Assembly (NCBI GenBank): GCA_964579635.1
Contig: CAZOFV010000002.1
Coordinates: 1,371-65,370 of the forward strand
From: an uncultured Candidatus Saccharibacteria bacterium
GTDB taxonomy: Bacteria; Patescibacteriota; Minisyncoccia; Phycocordibacterales; VMEP01
DNA length: 64,000 nt
Direction: 5' to 3'
Shown here: positions 1 through 8,303 of the stretch, piece after piece
How the letters are laid out: each line of letters opens with the position of its first letter
Numbering within the stretch: the first letter of the stretch is position 1
Notes under the pieces: model-generated
What the model was told of the DNA's origin: nothing
Database searches by the model: none
Seen by the model: only the letters and a program-made list of their open reading frames with translations
Translations under genes and position numbers: made by a program

Positions 1-18
1 AACAGTGAAGTTAAAGAT

Positions 19-603
19 TTGGCACAAAATCCTAATACTCAAATAGCCGCAAAGGTAAACCCACCACAACAAGGCGACCATATTAAAGGAGATATTTCAA
101 AAGCAAAGGTTGTTTTAATTGAATACTCTGATCTTGAATGTCCTTTCTGTAAACGCTTCCAACCAACAGCAACACAAATAATTTCAGAATACGGGGATAA
201 GGTTGCTTTAGTTTACCGACATTTTCCTCTTGATGTTTTACACAAAAAAGCCCGCAAAGAAGCCGAGGCTTCAGAGTGCGCATGGGAACAAGGTGGTGAT
301 GTAGCGTTCTTTAAGTATATTGAACGTATATACGAAATAACCCCAGCAAATGACGGCCTTGATCAAGCAGAACTTCCAAAAATTGCTCAAGAATTAGGTC
401 TTGATGTACAAAAATTCAACACGTGTTTATCTAGCGGAAAATTTGCAACGATAGTTGAAGAACAACTACAAAGTGGTGTGAAGGCAGGTGTTACAGGAAC
501 ACCAACAACTTTTGTTTTAAATCAAAAAGGTGATCAAGAATCTATTGTCGGTGCACAACCAATAGAAACTATCAAACAAACTATCGACAGGTTGCTTAAA
601 TAG
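19..603 (+). CDS. DsbA-family thiol:disulfide oxidoreductase (thioredoxin fold). The N-terminus may lie before the window start.
   Basis: CPFC active-site motif in a thioredoxin-like context (SDLECPFCKRF). The ORF opens 18 nt from the window edge. Followed by a hairpin terminator. Confidence 0.7.
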   Translation: MAQNPNTQIAAKVNPPQQGDHIKGDISKAKVVLIEYSDLECPFCKRFQPTATQIISEYGDKVALVYRHFPLDVLHKKARKEAEASECAWEQGGDVAFFKYIERIYEITPANDGLDQAELPKIAQELGLDVQKFNTCLSSGKFATIVEEQLQSGVKAGVTGTPTTFVLNQKGDQESIVGAQPIETIKQTIDRLLK

Positions 604-620
604 TAAAAATTTATACTAAC

Positions 621-657
621 AAAAAAACCCCAAGGAATCACCTTGGGTTTTTTTTGT
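621..657. terminator. Bidirectional rho-independent terminator
   Basis: A-run, then CCCCAAGG-aatca-CCTTGGG hairpin, then T-run. Sits between the convergent dsbA-like gene and the suf operon. Confidence 0.6.
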
Positions 658-665
658 TTTTCAGC

Positions 666-971
666 TTAGCTACTTAGCCCCAACATTGCCTTCAATTCGT
701 CACTGGGTTGCCACGCTGGCTCAAAGGTTATTTCAACTCGAGCTTCTCCTTTATTTAAAGAATTCACCGCACTCTCAACAGCCTCAATAAGCTCATTGGC
801 AAATGGACACAATGGAGATGTTAATGTCATTAAAACCTCAATCCCCTCCTCGTCAATCTTTATTTTATAAATAAGCCCAAGGGTCCAGACATCAATACCA
901 AGCTCTGGATCTTTAACTGTCTTTAATTTATCTACAACTTCTTTTTCAGTAATTTTTTCCATATTATTCAA
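666..971 (-). CDS. sufT: DUF59/MIP18-family Fe-S cluster assembly protein (SufT-like)
   Basis: About 100 aa with the DUF59 pattern (TSPLCPF...). Last gene of the suf operon; overlaps the sufC stop by 8 nt. Confidence 0.65.
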   Translation of the reverse strand: MNNMEKITEKEVVDKLKTVKDPELGIDVWTLGLIYKIKIDEEGIEVLMTLTSPLCPFANELIEAVESAVNSLNKGEARVEITFEPAWQPSDELKAMLGLSS

Positions 972-1692
972 ATCCTTTCTCTTTAAGGTTTACGATAATC
1001 TCAATGCCACCGGCTCGTTCAATCTTCCCGTCTTTCATCACATAAACCATATCAGGTTTTATATACTCCAAAACGTTTGGGTGGTGTGTCACTAAAATAA
1101 AACCCATTCCCTCATCTGCAAGAATTTTTATCGCCCCAAAAACTTTTTTCAACGCATCAATATCAACACCGGAATCAATCTCATCAAGTAAAGCAAACTT
1201 TGGCTTAAGGATACTAAGTTGGAGAATTTCGCTTAACTTTTTCTCGCCACCCGAAAGCCCTTTGTTTACAGAACGCTTGAGAAATTCTTCAGGCACACCA
1301 ATTTTTTGCGCCATGCCGGATGCTTCTTTATAGAAATCCATCATGCTTTGGTTCTCTTTAGTTAAATCTTTTTTTGCTTGATAAAGGAAACTTGCAAGTG
1401 GTACGCCTGAAATTTCTGGTAAATGTTGCATTGAAAGGAACAAGCCTTCTTTTGCCTTTTTTTCTGGAGATAAATGCGTAATGTCAGTATCGCCAAGTTT
1501 TATGCTTCCACTCGTTACTTCGTATTTGGGATGGCCCATAATAGCGTTTAAGAAACTAGACTTACCAGAACCGTTTGGCCCCATGAGAATAACAATCTCT
1601 CCCTGTTTAACAGAGATTGAAACATCTGTTGCGACAACCTTACCCTCTTTTGTCGTAACACTTAAATTATTGATTTCTAGTCTATTTTCCAT
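964..1692 (-). CDS. sufC: Fe-S cluster assembly ATPase SufC
   Basis: Walker A GPNGSGKSS, ABC signature LSGGEKK, Walker B LLDEIDSG. Start placed at an internal ATG that overlaps the sufU stop by 11 nt (ATGGAAAATAG), suggesting translational coupling. The ORF track extends to 1737. Confidence 0.85.
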   Translation of the reverse strand: MENRLEINNLSVTTKEGKVVATDVSISVKQGEIVILMGPNGSGKSSFLNAIMGHPKYEVTSGSIKLGDTDITHLSPEKKAKEGLFLSMQHLPEISGVPLASFLYQAKKDLTKENQSMMDFYKEASGMAQKIGVPEEFLKRSVNKGLSGGEKKLSEILQLSILKPKFALLDEIDSGVDIDALKKVFGAIKILADEGMGFILVTHHPNVLEYIKPDMVYVMKDGKIERAGGIEIIVNLKEKGFE

Positions 1693-2068
1693 ATTTTGTA
1701 ATACCATCTGATAATGCCTCATATGGTAAAAGCGCACAACGGGTGCGAGTGTGGCTTATTGGCACACCCAAAAGAGAATACATAATCCCAGGAGCCATTA
1801 ACTTCACCTCTGATAATTTCATTCCTTTTAATTTATCTGTAAAAAGAGATGCTCCCGCCAAACTTATCGCGCAACCATCACCTTGAAAAGTTGCCTCCTC
1901 AATAATCTCTCCCGCCTCATCTAATCGAACTGAGAAGATAAGGTTATCGCCACAGTTGGCGTTCTTTCCAACACCCTTAAATGTTGCATCGGAAAGAGCA
2001 CCGCGGTTATGTGGGTGACGATAGTGTTCCATTATGTTTTCTCGATAAAGTTCTTCTTCGAAGCTCAT
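1682..2068 (-). CDS. sufU: SufU/IscU-like Fe-S scaffold (NifU N-terminal domain)
   Basis: Conserved Cys motifs (NCGDNL, GDGCAIS) and a histidine in the C-terminal part. Lies between sufS and sufC. Confidence 0.8.
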   Translation of the reverse strand: MSFEEELYRENIMEHYRHPHNRGALSDATFKGVGKNANCGDNLIFSVRLDEAGEIIEEATFQGDGCAISLAGASLFTDKLKGMKLSEVKLMAPGIMYSLLGVPISHTRTRCALLPYEALSDGITKYGK

Positions 2069-2079
2069 GTTGATTTTTA

Positions 2080-3303
2080 TTATTTTTTAAAAAACTCTTG
2101 CGCTTTTTTAACACTTGATACTAAAGCATCAATATCTTCCTTTGTATTATAAAGATAAATACTTGCTCGCACAGTTGCTGGAACCCCAAGTGTTTTTACG
2201 AATGGTAATGCACAGTGATGTCCACCACGCACAGCAACATTATCACGCCCCAAAAACTCAATCACATCATGAGGATGTGCTCCTTCAACTGTGAAAGAAA
2301 CAATTCCAACATTTTTTTCAACGTCTTGTCCTGCAAAAATCTTAACTCCATCAATTTCCTTAAGTTTCTCTATTGTATAAATGGTTAATTCTTCGGTATG
2401 CTTTTTTATACTTTCAAGACCAACTTCAGTTAGATATTTCACCGCTTCGGACATTCCAATAGCTCCCGAAATATTAGGTGTTCCTGCTTCAAACTTTTCT
2501 GGGGCAGAAACAAACTCTGCTTTTTCTAAATCTACGTCAGTGACAATTCCTCCACCAAAAAACGACGGGTTTAATTTTTCACCAAGCTCGCCCCTTAGAT
2601 AAAGTGCGCCAATTCCTGTTGGTCCGCACATTTTGTGTCCAGAAAAAAACATTGCGTCACAATCTAACTCTTTTACAGAAACTAGAGTGTGTCCAACAGC
2701 TGCCGTCGCATCAACAACAACCAATGCTCCCGCCTTATGCGCAATTTGAGATATGTATAAGATGTCGTTAATCGCCCCTGTTACATTGCTTGCAAGCGTA
2801 ACCCCAACAATCTTTGTTCTATTGGTTATAAGTGATTCCACAGATTTATAATTAAGTCTGTAGTTTTCGTCCACGTTTATATATTTTAAATTAAGTTTTT
2901 TTCGTCTTGCGAGTTCTTGTAAAGGCAGAAGCATTGCGTGATGTTCCATTATTGAAACAACAACTTCATCTCCTTCTTTTAAGTCTAGTGATTGTTCAAA
3001 AGAATACGCGAGCATATTGGCTGATGCTGTTGCACCGGCAGTGAAAACAATTTCATTTTGATTGGCACCAACAAACCCAGCAACAGTCGCCCTTGCACCT
3101 TCATACGACTCACTCGCTTTTTCACTTAAAGCATATGCTCCACGATGAACATTGCTCCTAAAATTCCTATAATATTCGTCCATTGCAGAAATTACACATT
3201 CTGGAGTTTGAGAAGAAGCTGCCGAATCTAGGTAGTGCAAAGTAGCCTCTTTTGAGGCTTTAAAAATTGGAAAATCTGCCTTTATTTTCTTTATATCAAA
3301 CAT
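2080..3303 (-). CDS. sufS: Cysteine desulfurase SufS (class V aminotransferase)
   Basis: PLP-lysine motif SGHKMCGPTG, catalytic Cys loop RGGHHCA, about 400 aa. Confidence 0.9.
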   Translation of the reverse strand: MFDIKKIKADFPIFKASKEATLHYLDSAASSQTPECVISAMDEYYRNFRSNVHRGAYALSEKASESYEGARATVAGFVGANQNEIVFTAGATASANMLAYSFEQSLDLKEGDEVVVSIMEHHAMLLPLQELARRKKLNLKYINVDENYRLNYKSVESLITNRTKIVGVTLASNVTGAINDILYISQIAHKAGALVVVDATAAVGHTLVSVKELDCDAMFFSGHKMCGPTGIGALYLRGELGEKLNPSFFGGGIVTDVDLEKAEFVSAPEKFEAGTPNISGAIGMSEAVKYLTEVGLESIKKHTEELTIYTIEKLKEIDGVKIFAGQDVEKNVGIVSFTVEGAHPHDVIEFLGRDNVAVRGGHHCALPFVKTLGVPATVRASIYLYNTKEDIDALVSSVKKAQEFFKK

Positions 3304-3336
3304 AAATATCGCACAATTATGACATATTTTGTTGTT

Positions 3337-3365
3337 ATTGACAACTTACCTATATTACGGTTAAA
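3337..3365 (+). promoter_or_regulatory. Candidate sigma70-like promoter TTGACA-N17-TTAAAT driving the antisense small ORF
   Basis: Exact TTGACA, a 17-nt spacer, then TTAAAT, about 45 nt upstream of the GTG start at 3411. Confidence 0.4.
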
Positions 3366-3410
3366 TCAAGGAAGTTACTTAGTCCCATCAACCAAACAAG
3401 AGGAGTTCTC

Positions 3411-3629
3411 GTGCATACATACTTTGTCTCGTTTTCTGTAGTGCGCACCGGCCAACCATCATACCCCGTCAACAGGATTCTCAAACGCAAAGCACCAATC
3501 GTTCTGAATTCGATGGCCGACAAGCTGAGGTTGGAAGACAGTCTGCTCAAAAATTTCTACCGCGGACACACGCGGTATGCCGGCGACAGGTGTGTGCTCT
3601 TTTCCATCCAGCGTCTGCCGCTCGCGTAA
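3411..3629 (+). CDS. GC-rich orphan small protein (72 aa) encoded antisense within the suf operon gap
   Basis: SD AAGAGGAG lies 5 nt before a GTG start; a strong terminator follows. The sequence is GC-rich compared with its neighbours. No recognisable domain. Confidence 0.45.
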   Translation: MHTYFVSFSVVRTGQPSYPVNRILKRKAPIVLNSMADKLRLEDSLLKNFYRGHTRYAGDRCVLFSIQRLPLA

Positions 3630-3655
3630 GGTCCGCGCCAGCAAACAGTCAAACC

Positions 3656-3685
3656 AAAAGCCTCCCTCGGGAGGCTTTTTATTTC
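3656..3685. terminator. Rho-independent terminator (best on the + strand, usable in both directions)
   Basis: GCCTCCC-tc-GGGAGGC hairpin followed by TTTTTATTT. Located between sufD and sufS. Confidence 0.6.
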
Positions 3686-3761
3686 AACGAAAGAGGAGTG
3701 CGTGGACTAGTAATATCGTACACAGCATCCGAACGACGTTAAATCAAATGGTAAATACCAT

Positions 3762-4445
3762 TTATATTTCTAAAAATCCATCTACTAAAAGTTTATAGGC
3801 GTTTCCCTCATCAAGTCCGCGCGACATTGGATAAAACAACTCATCACGAGAAATATCTTTTATGGAAAGTGAATGAGAACAACGAACATCATTACTTGCA
3901 ATATCAAGAGATGGAATTGCGTCAACGCGAGCTTCTTCAGACAAAATCAAAAATGAAGCTGATTCCTCCCCTTTTGCCTCTATGTCTTTACCCATCGCGA
4001 TATCACTTCTGTAAATTACGTGTGCCTTATCTTTAAGAACTCCACGCACGTCAATTTTTGAAATAGTGTGTGATGCCATGTGATAAACCTTGTGATATAC
4101 ATCAACCTCCGATTCACCCACTAAATCATAAGAACTGGTTATCGAAGCTTTAGCACCACGACCGGCTAAAATAATGTGAATATCATTTTTACTAACAACC
4201 TGATTCTTAGAAGATTCAACATATTCAAATGTCGCCCCTTCGCCAACATAAACAATAAGAAGTTTTGATTGAGATAAATTATTTTCTAATTTTGTTGTTT
4301 CGTTTGATGCCACTTCAATTACTTTCCCACCCTTTGCGACGATAGATAAAAACTCCTCCGAAAAAGGAGAGGCTATTTTGAGTCCGTATTTAAAAGCGTT
4401 CGGCTCAACATAAGTATTTAAAATTTCTTTAACGTTATTTTTCAT
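3762..4445 (-). CDS. sufD: Fe-S cluster assembly protein SufD (short form)
   Basis: 227 aa SufB/D-family C-terminal beta-helix region, directly downstream of sufB. Confidence 0.75.
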   Translation of the reverse strand: MKNNVKEILNTYVEPNAFKYGLKIASPFSEEFLSIVAKGGKVIEVASNETTKLENNLSQSKLLIVYVGEGATFEYVESSKNQVVSKNDIHIILAGRGAKASITSSYDLVGESEVDVYHKVYHMASHTISKIDVRGVLKDKAHVIYRSDIAMGKDIEAKGEESASFLILSEEARVDAIPSLDIASNDVRCSHSLSIKDISRDELFYPMSRGLDEGNAYKLLVDGFLEI

Positions 4446-4450
4446 ATTGC

Positions 4451-5800
4451 TTAACCAACACTTCCCTCCATCTCAAGCTCAATCAACTTATTAAGCTCAA
4501 TTGCGTATTCAAGTGGCATGGCCTTAACGATAGGCTCCAAAAAACCGCCAACAATAAGGCGTTCTGCTTCTCTCTCAGAAAAACCGCGTGAACGTAGATA
4601 AAACACCTCATCGTCCCCTAGTCGTCCAACTTTTGCTTCGTGAGAAATATTAACCCTCTTATTATCGTTCTTCGTTGATGGGTATGTATTAGAAACTGAT
4701 TTATCATCCAAAATTAATGCATCACAAACAACAGATGACACCGCGCCTGTTGCGCGCTTCCCTATTTGCACAAACCCGCGATAAGTAGAGATACCGCCAT
4801 CTTTAGAAACTGATTTAGAACGAATCGTAGAAACTGTATCCCTCGCCAAGTGTAGCGCTTTTGCACCTGTGTCTTGATTCTGCCCCTCACCGGCAAGTAC
4901 GATTCCTAAACTATCTGCTTTTGCTCTTGCTCCCAAAAGAACAGACGATGGATAAAGCATCGTCACACATGAACCCATATTGCCGTTGACCCACTGCATT
5001 TCTCCGTCTTCATATACCATCGCTTTTTTGGTGTTTAGGTTGTAGGTGTTGCGTGACCAATTCTCAATACTTAAATATTTTACTTTCGCCCCTTTCATCA
5101 CAAAAACTTCCACACAGCCAGCATGAAGCGATGACGATGTGTATCGTGGAGCAGAACATCCTTCGATGTATTCAATCTCTGAACCTTCGTCGGCGATAAT
5201 TAATGTGTGTTCAAACTGGCCAGCAGATGGGCGGTTCATTCTAAAATACGCTTGCAAAGGCAAGCCAACTTTCACCCCTTTGGGAACATAAATAAAAGTG
5301 CCACCGCTCCAAACGGCACCGTGGAGCATGGTGAACTTATGATCAGAAGATGGCACGCAGTCGGTCATAAAATATTTTTCAACAAGCTCTGGATATTTTT
5401 GCACAGCCACATCCATATTCTCAAAAATAACCCCCTTATCAGCAAGTGATTTTTGAAGATTGTGATAAACAATCCCTGAATCATATTGAGCACCAACCCC
5501 ACCTAAATATTCGCGTTCAGCTTTTGGAATTCCGAGCTTTTCAAAAGTGTCAGTTATTTCTTTAGGGAGTTCTTTCCAGTCAGTAGTTTCCTCAACAGAA
5601 GGGTCAATGTAATAAACAAGATCGTCTAAATTGAGCCCTGATAGCGATGGACCCCAATTTGGGATAAGTGTCTCTTTCCACAAAGAAAAGGCCTCTAGGC
5701 GCTTTTTTAGCATCCAAGCGGGCTCATTCTTACTCTCCGAAATATGGCGCACAAGCGCTTCAGAAAGTCCTTTATTAACCATCTTTTCATCTATTGACAT
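4451..5800 (-). CDS. sufB: Fe-S cluster assembly protein SufB
   Basis: 449 aa, characteristic SufB conservation throughout. First gene of the operon. Confidence 0.9.
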   Translation of the reverse strand: MSIDEKMVNKGLSEALVRHISESKNEPAWMLKKRLEAFSLWKETLIPNWGPSLSGLNLDDLVYYIDPSVEETTDWKELPKEITDTFEKLGIPKAEREYLGGVGAQYDSGIVYHNLQKSLADKGVIFENMDVAVQKYPELVEKYFMTDCVPSSDHKFTMLHGAVWSGGTFIYVPKGVKVGLPLQAYFRMNRPSAGQFEHTLIIADEGSEIEYIEGCSAPRYTSSSLHAGCVEVFVMKGAKVKYLSIENWSRNTYNLNTKKAMVYEDGEMQWVNGNMGSCVTMLYPSSVLLGARAKADSLGIVLAGEGQNQDTGAKALHLARDTVSTIRSKSVSKDGGISTYRGFVQIGKRATGAVSSVVCDALILDDKSVSNTYPSTKNDNKRVNISHEAKVGRLGDDEVFYLRSRGFSEREAERLIVGGFLEPIVKAMPLEYAIELNKLIELEMEGSVG

Positions 5801-5876
5801 TGCGACAAATTATATTGTATTATCACGCCAGTTGCAAATTTGATTTAACCCAAACAAAAAGAGGAGGAGAGCTGTC

Positions 5877-6119
5877 ATGAATACTGACTGTGCCAAAGAA
5901 AATGTTTTGAAGGACAACGAGGAATTCGTCGCCTTTCTTCACGAAAACGCGCGTAAAGAAAAAATTCCCGCCACCTGCGACAAGTTGTGGCTCGCCAATG
6001 TTTGGCGGAACAACAGGGGTCTTTTCGCAAACCTCTTCGTTCTGTACACAGGGAAAGCCGTTCTTGTCCCGCAAATCGACTCGTTCTTCCAGCAAGCCGC
6101 CGAGTCGTACAAGGGCTAG
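5877..6119 (+). CDS. GC-rich orphan small protein, paralog 1 (80 aa)
   Basis: SD AAGAGGAGGA before the ATG. Shares the ATCDK and C-terminal FFQQAAESYKG motifs with the downstream paralog. Followed by a hairpin terminator. Confidence 0.6.
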   Translation: MNTDCAKENVLKDNEEFVAFLHENARKEKIPATCDKLWLANVWRNNRGLFANLFVLYTGKAVLVPQIDSFFQQAAESYKG

Positions 6120-6135
6120 CCTTTCCCTTCAACAA

Positions 6136-6165
6136 AAAGTCCCGCATTGTGCGGGGCTTTTCTAA
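6136..6165 (+). terminator. Rho-independent terminator of paralog 1
   Basis: CCCGCA-ttg-TGCGGG hairpin followed by GCTTTTCT. Identical to the copy after paralog 2. Confidence 0.6.
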
Positions 6166-6243
6166 TATTAACGTTTCCAAAAAACGTGATAGTATCACTG
6201 TAGCCGTAACTTCAATCAAATAAACTTAGAAGGAAAACATCAA

Positions 6244-6489
6244 ATGAATACCGCTAGTGTTGCCCCAACAAATGTACTGGAAGACAACAAAGAATTCGTC
6301 GCCTATCTTCACGCGCACTCCAGGGGAAGAAATGTTCCCGCAACCTGCGACAAGTCGTCATTATCCGATTATTGGCAAGGCAATAGACGCTTTTTCGTGG
6401 AAACATTCACAAGCTGTACCGGCAAGGCCGTCAACATCAAGAACATTCGCGAATTCTTCCAGCAAGCCGCCGAGTCGTACAAGGGCTAG
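6244..6489 (+). CDS. GC-rich orphan small protein, paralog 2 (81 aa)
   Basis: SD AGAAGGAAAA before the ATG. About 40% identity to paralog 1, with the last 11 codons and 3' UTR identical. A candidate promoter TTAACG-N16-TAGTAT overlaps the palindrome GTGATAGTATCAC (6186-6198). Confidence 0.6.
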   Translation: MNTASVAPTNVLEDNKEFVAYLHAHSRGRNVPATCDKSSLSDYWQGNRRFFVETFTSCTGKAVNIKNIREFFQQAAESYKG

Positions 6490-6505
6490 CCTTTCCCTTC
6501 AACAA

Positions 6506-6535
6506 AAAGTCCCGCATTGTGCGGGGCTTTTCTAA
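6506..6535. terminator. Rho-independent terminator shared by paralog 2 (+) and bcp (-)
   Basis: Same CCCGCA-ttg-TGCGGG hairpin as at 6136-6165. Confidence 0.6.
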
Positions 6536-6538
6536 TTA

Positions 6539-6997
6539 TTATTTTGTTGCGTCAGCAAGTACTTCGCCAGCATGTTCTTTTGGTTTTACTTCTTCGTAAA
6601 CTTTCTTAATTTTTCCATCTTCACCTATCAAAAAAGAGACACGGTTTGTACCTTCGTATTCACGCCCCATAAATTTTTTCTTTCCCCAAACTTCATATTT
6701 ATTCACAACTTCTTTTTTCTCGTCTGAAAGTAACGGGAATGGTAAATTATACTTTTCACTAAACTTCTTGTGGCTCTTAGTCGAATCAACAGAAATACCG
6801 AAAACAACAATTCCCATTTTTTTGAAATCATCATAACTATCGCGAATAGTACAGGCCTCAGTGGTACACCCCGGAGTATCATCTTTTGGATAAAAATAAA
6901 CCAAAACCATCTTTCCTTTATGGTCCGACAATTTATGGAGATTACCTTCTCCGTCTAGAAGTTCAAAGTCCGGAGCAACTTGTCCTTGTTTTAACAT
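6539..6997 (-). CDS. bcp: Peroxiredoxin Bcp (AhpC/TSA family thiol peroxidase)
   Basis: Peroxidatic Cys motif PGCTTEAC, 152 aa thioredoxin fold. Confidence 0.85.
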   Translation of the reverse strand: MLKQGQVAPDFELLDGEGNLHKLSDHKGKMVLVYFYPKDDTPGCTTEACTIRDSYDDFKKMGIVVFGISVDSTKSHKKFSEKYNLPFPLLSDEKKEVVNKYEVWGKKKFMGREYEGTNRVSFLIGEDGKIKKVYEEVKPKEHAGEVLADATK

Positions 6998-7022
6998 CCG
7001 TTTATTTTACCACTTCTCAAAA

Positions 7023-8288
7023 CTAATAGTTACGTAATCTGTCCGCCTTCTCGTGCTGGCGAATTTTTTCATGAACCTTAGCTTCAATCTGACGAATACG
7101 CTCACGGGTCACTCCAAACTCCTGTCCAACTTCTTCAAGAGTATGCATCACCCCGTCAACAAGACCGTGTCTCATTTCAAGAATTTTTCTCTCTTTTGGA
7201 GAAAGATCATCTAAAATTTCTTTAACTTGATCGGAAAGAATACGGCGCGAAGATTCTTGCGCTGGTGAAAGAATCGTTTCATCGGCGATAAATTCCCCAA
7301 GAGTTGATTTGTCTTCATCATCTCCAATTGGCTTTTCAAGCGAAACGGTATCTTGGTTGATGTTTTCAATCATGTGAATTTTTTCCACATCAATTCCCAT
7401 CTCTGTTGCGATTTCTTCTGGAAGTGGGTCACGTCCTAAATCTTGAGATAAGCGTCGTGATACTTGTTTATATTTTGCGATTGTTTCCACCATGTGCACC
7501 GGAATACGAATCGTTCTTGATTGGTCAGCAAGTGCACGTGTAATCGCCTGGCGAATCCACCATGTTGCATACGTTGAGAATTTGAACCCTTTAGTCCAGT
7601 CAAACTTATCAACCGCCTTATGTAGACCAAGATTGCCTTCCTGGATAAGGTCAAGAAGTGTTAAGTCTGAGCTACGACCAACGAATTTTTTAGCAATGGA
7701 AACAACGAGTCTTAAGTTTGCTCTCCAGAGCAAATCTCTTGCCTCCTTATCACCCTTTTCGATACGTCGAGCATATTCCTTTTCTTCGTTTGCGGAAAGG
7801 AGTGGGTATTGTCCAATCTCTCTAAGATACATCTGAATTGCATCATAAGAAGATGACTCACGACCATAACCTCTTTTTTCTAAAATTTCTTTGGCATCAA
7901 CATCAAGCAAGTTCCCTCCTTCAAGAACGTCTATTCCAGCACTACCAAAACGCTCGTAAAGTTCATCCAAAAACAAAATATTATTTTCAACGTTTGGAAA
8001 TTCTTTTAAAATTTCGTCATAAGTAATAAAACCTCGCTTCTTACCTTTAGCGATAAGAATGTCAGCTTTATCAACCAAAAGATCATGCTTTGTCTTTTTA
8101 ACAGGCTTTGCTGGCTTTTTCTCCTTAATCGGCTTTTTTACCTTAGCCACCTTTGGCTTCTTTGCTGCGACCTTCTTTTTTGAAGCAGGCTTTTTTACCA
8201 CCTTTTTCTTAAGTGGCTTCTTTGTTTTTTTAACCGTTACTTTTGGTTTTTTTGCCTTTGCTTTAGTTTTTACTTTTGTTTTTGCCAT
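7023..8288 (-). CDS. rpoD: RNA polymerase sigma-70 factor RpoD with a lysine-rich N-terminal extension
   Basis: Regions 2-4 conserved ([10 protein letters not shown]..., the [14 protein letters not shown] 2.4 region, and region 4.2 HTH). About 65 N-terminal residues are K/A/P-rich. Confidence 0.9.
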   Translation of the reverse strand: MAKTKVKTKAKAKKPKVTVKKTKKPLKKKVVKKPASKKKVAAKKPKVAKVKKPIKEKKPAKPVKKTKHDLLVDKADILIAKGKKRGFITYDEILKEFPNVENNILFLDELYERFGSAGIDVLEGGNLLDVDAKEILEKRGYGRESSSYDAIQMYLREIGQYPLLSANEEKEYARRIEKGDKEARDLLWRANLRLVVSIAKKFVGRSSDLTLLDLIQEGNLGLHKAVDKFDWTKGFKFSTYATWWIRQAITRALADQSRTIRIPVHMVETIAKYKQVSRRLSQDLGRDPLPEEIATEMGIDVEKIHMIENINQDTVSLEKPIGDDEDKSTLGEFIADETILSPAQESSRRILSDQVKEILDDLSPKERKILEMRHGLVDGVMHTLEEVGQEFGVTRERIRQIEAKVHEKIRQHEKADRLRNY

Positions 8289-8303
8289 ATTTTTTAAATT
8301 ATT

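Noticed and set aside
3304-3761. GC-rich 460-nt gap in the suf operon as a known structured RNA (RNase P RNA, tmRNA, SRP RNA or 6S RNA)
   Set aside because: No RNase P conserved boxes (GGAAAGUCCGG / ACAGAA..CCGGCUUA). No tRNA-like 3' end or tag reading frame for tmRNA. No SRP domain IV motif. The + strand instead shows promoter, SD, ORF and terminator. Still worth an Rfam scan.
6539-6997. bcp as part of the orphan tandem-paralog unit
   Set aside because: bcp is AT-rich and lacks an SD like native genes. It is a well-conserved housekeeping peroxiredoxin and merely shares the terminator.
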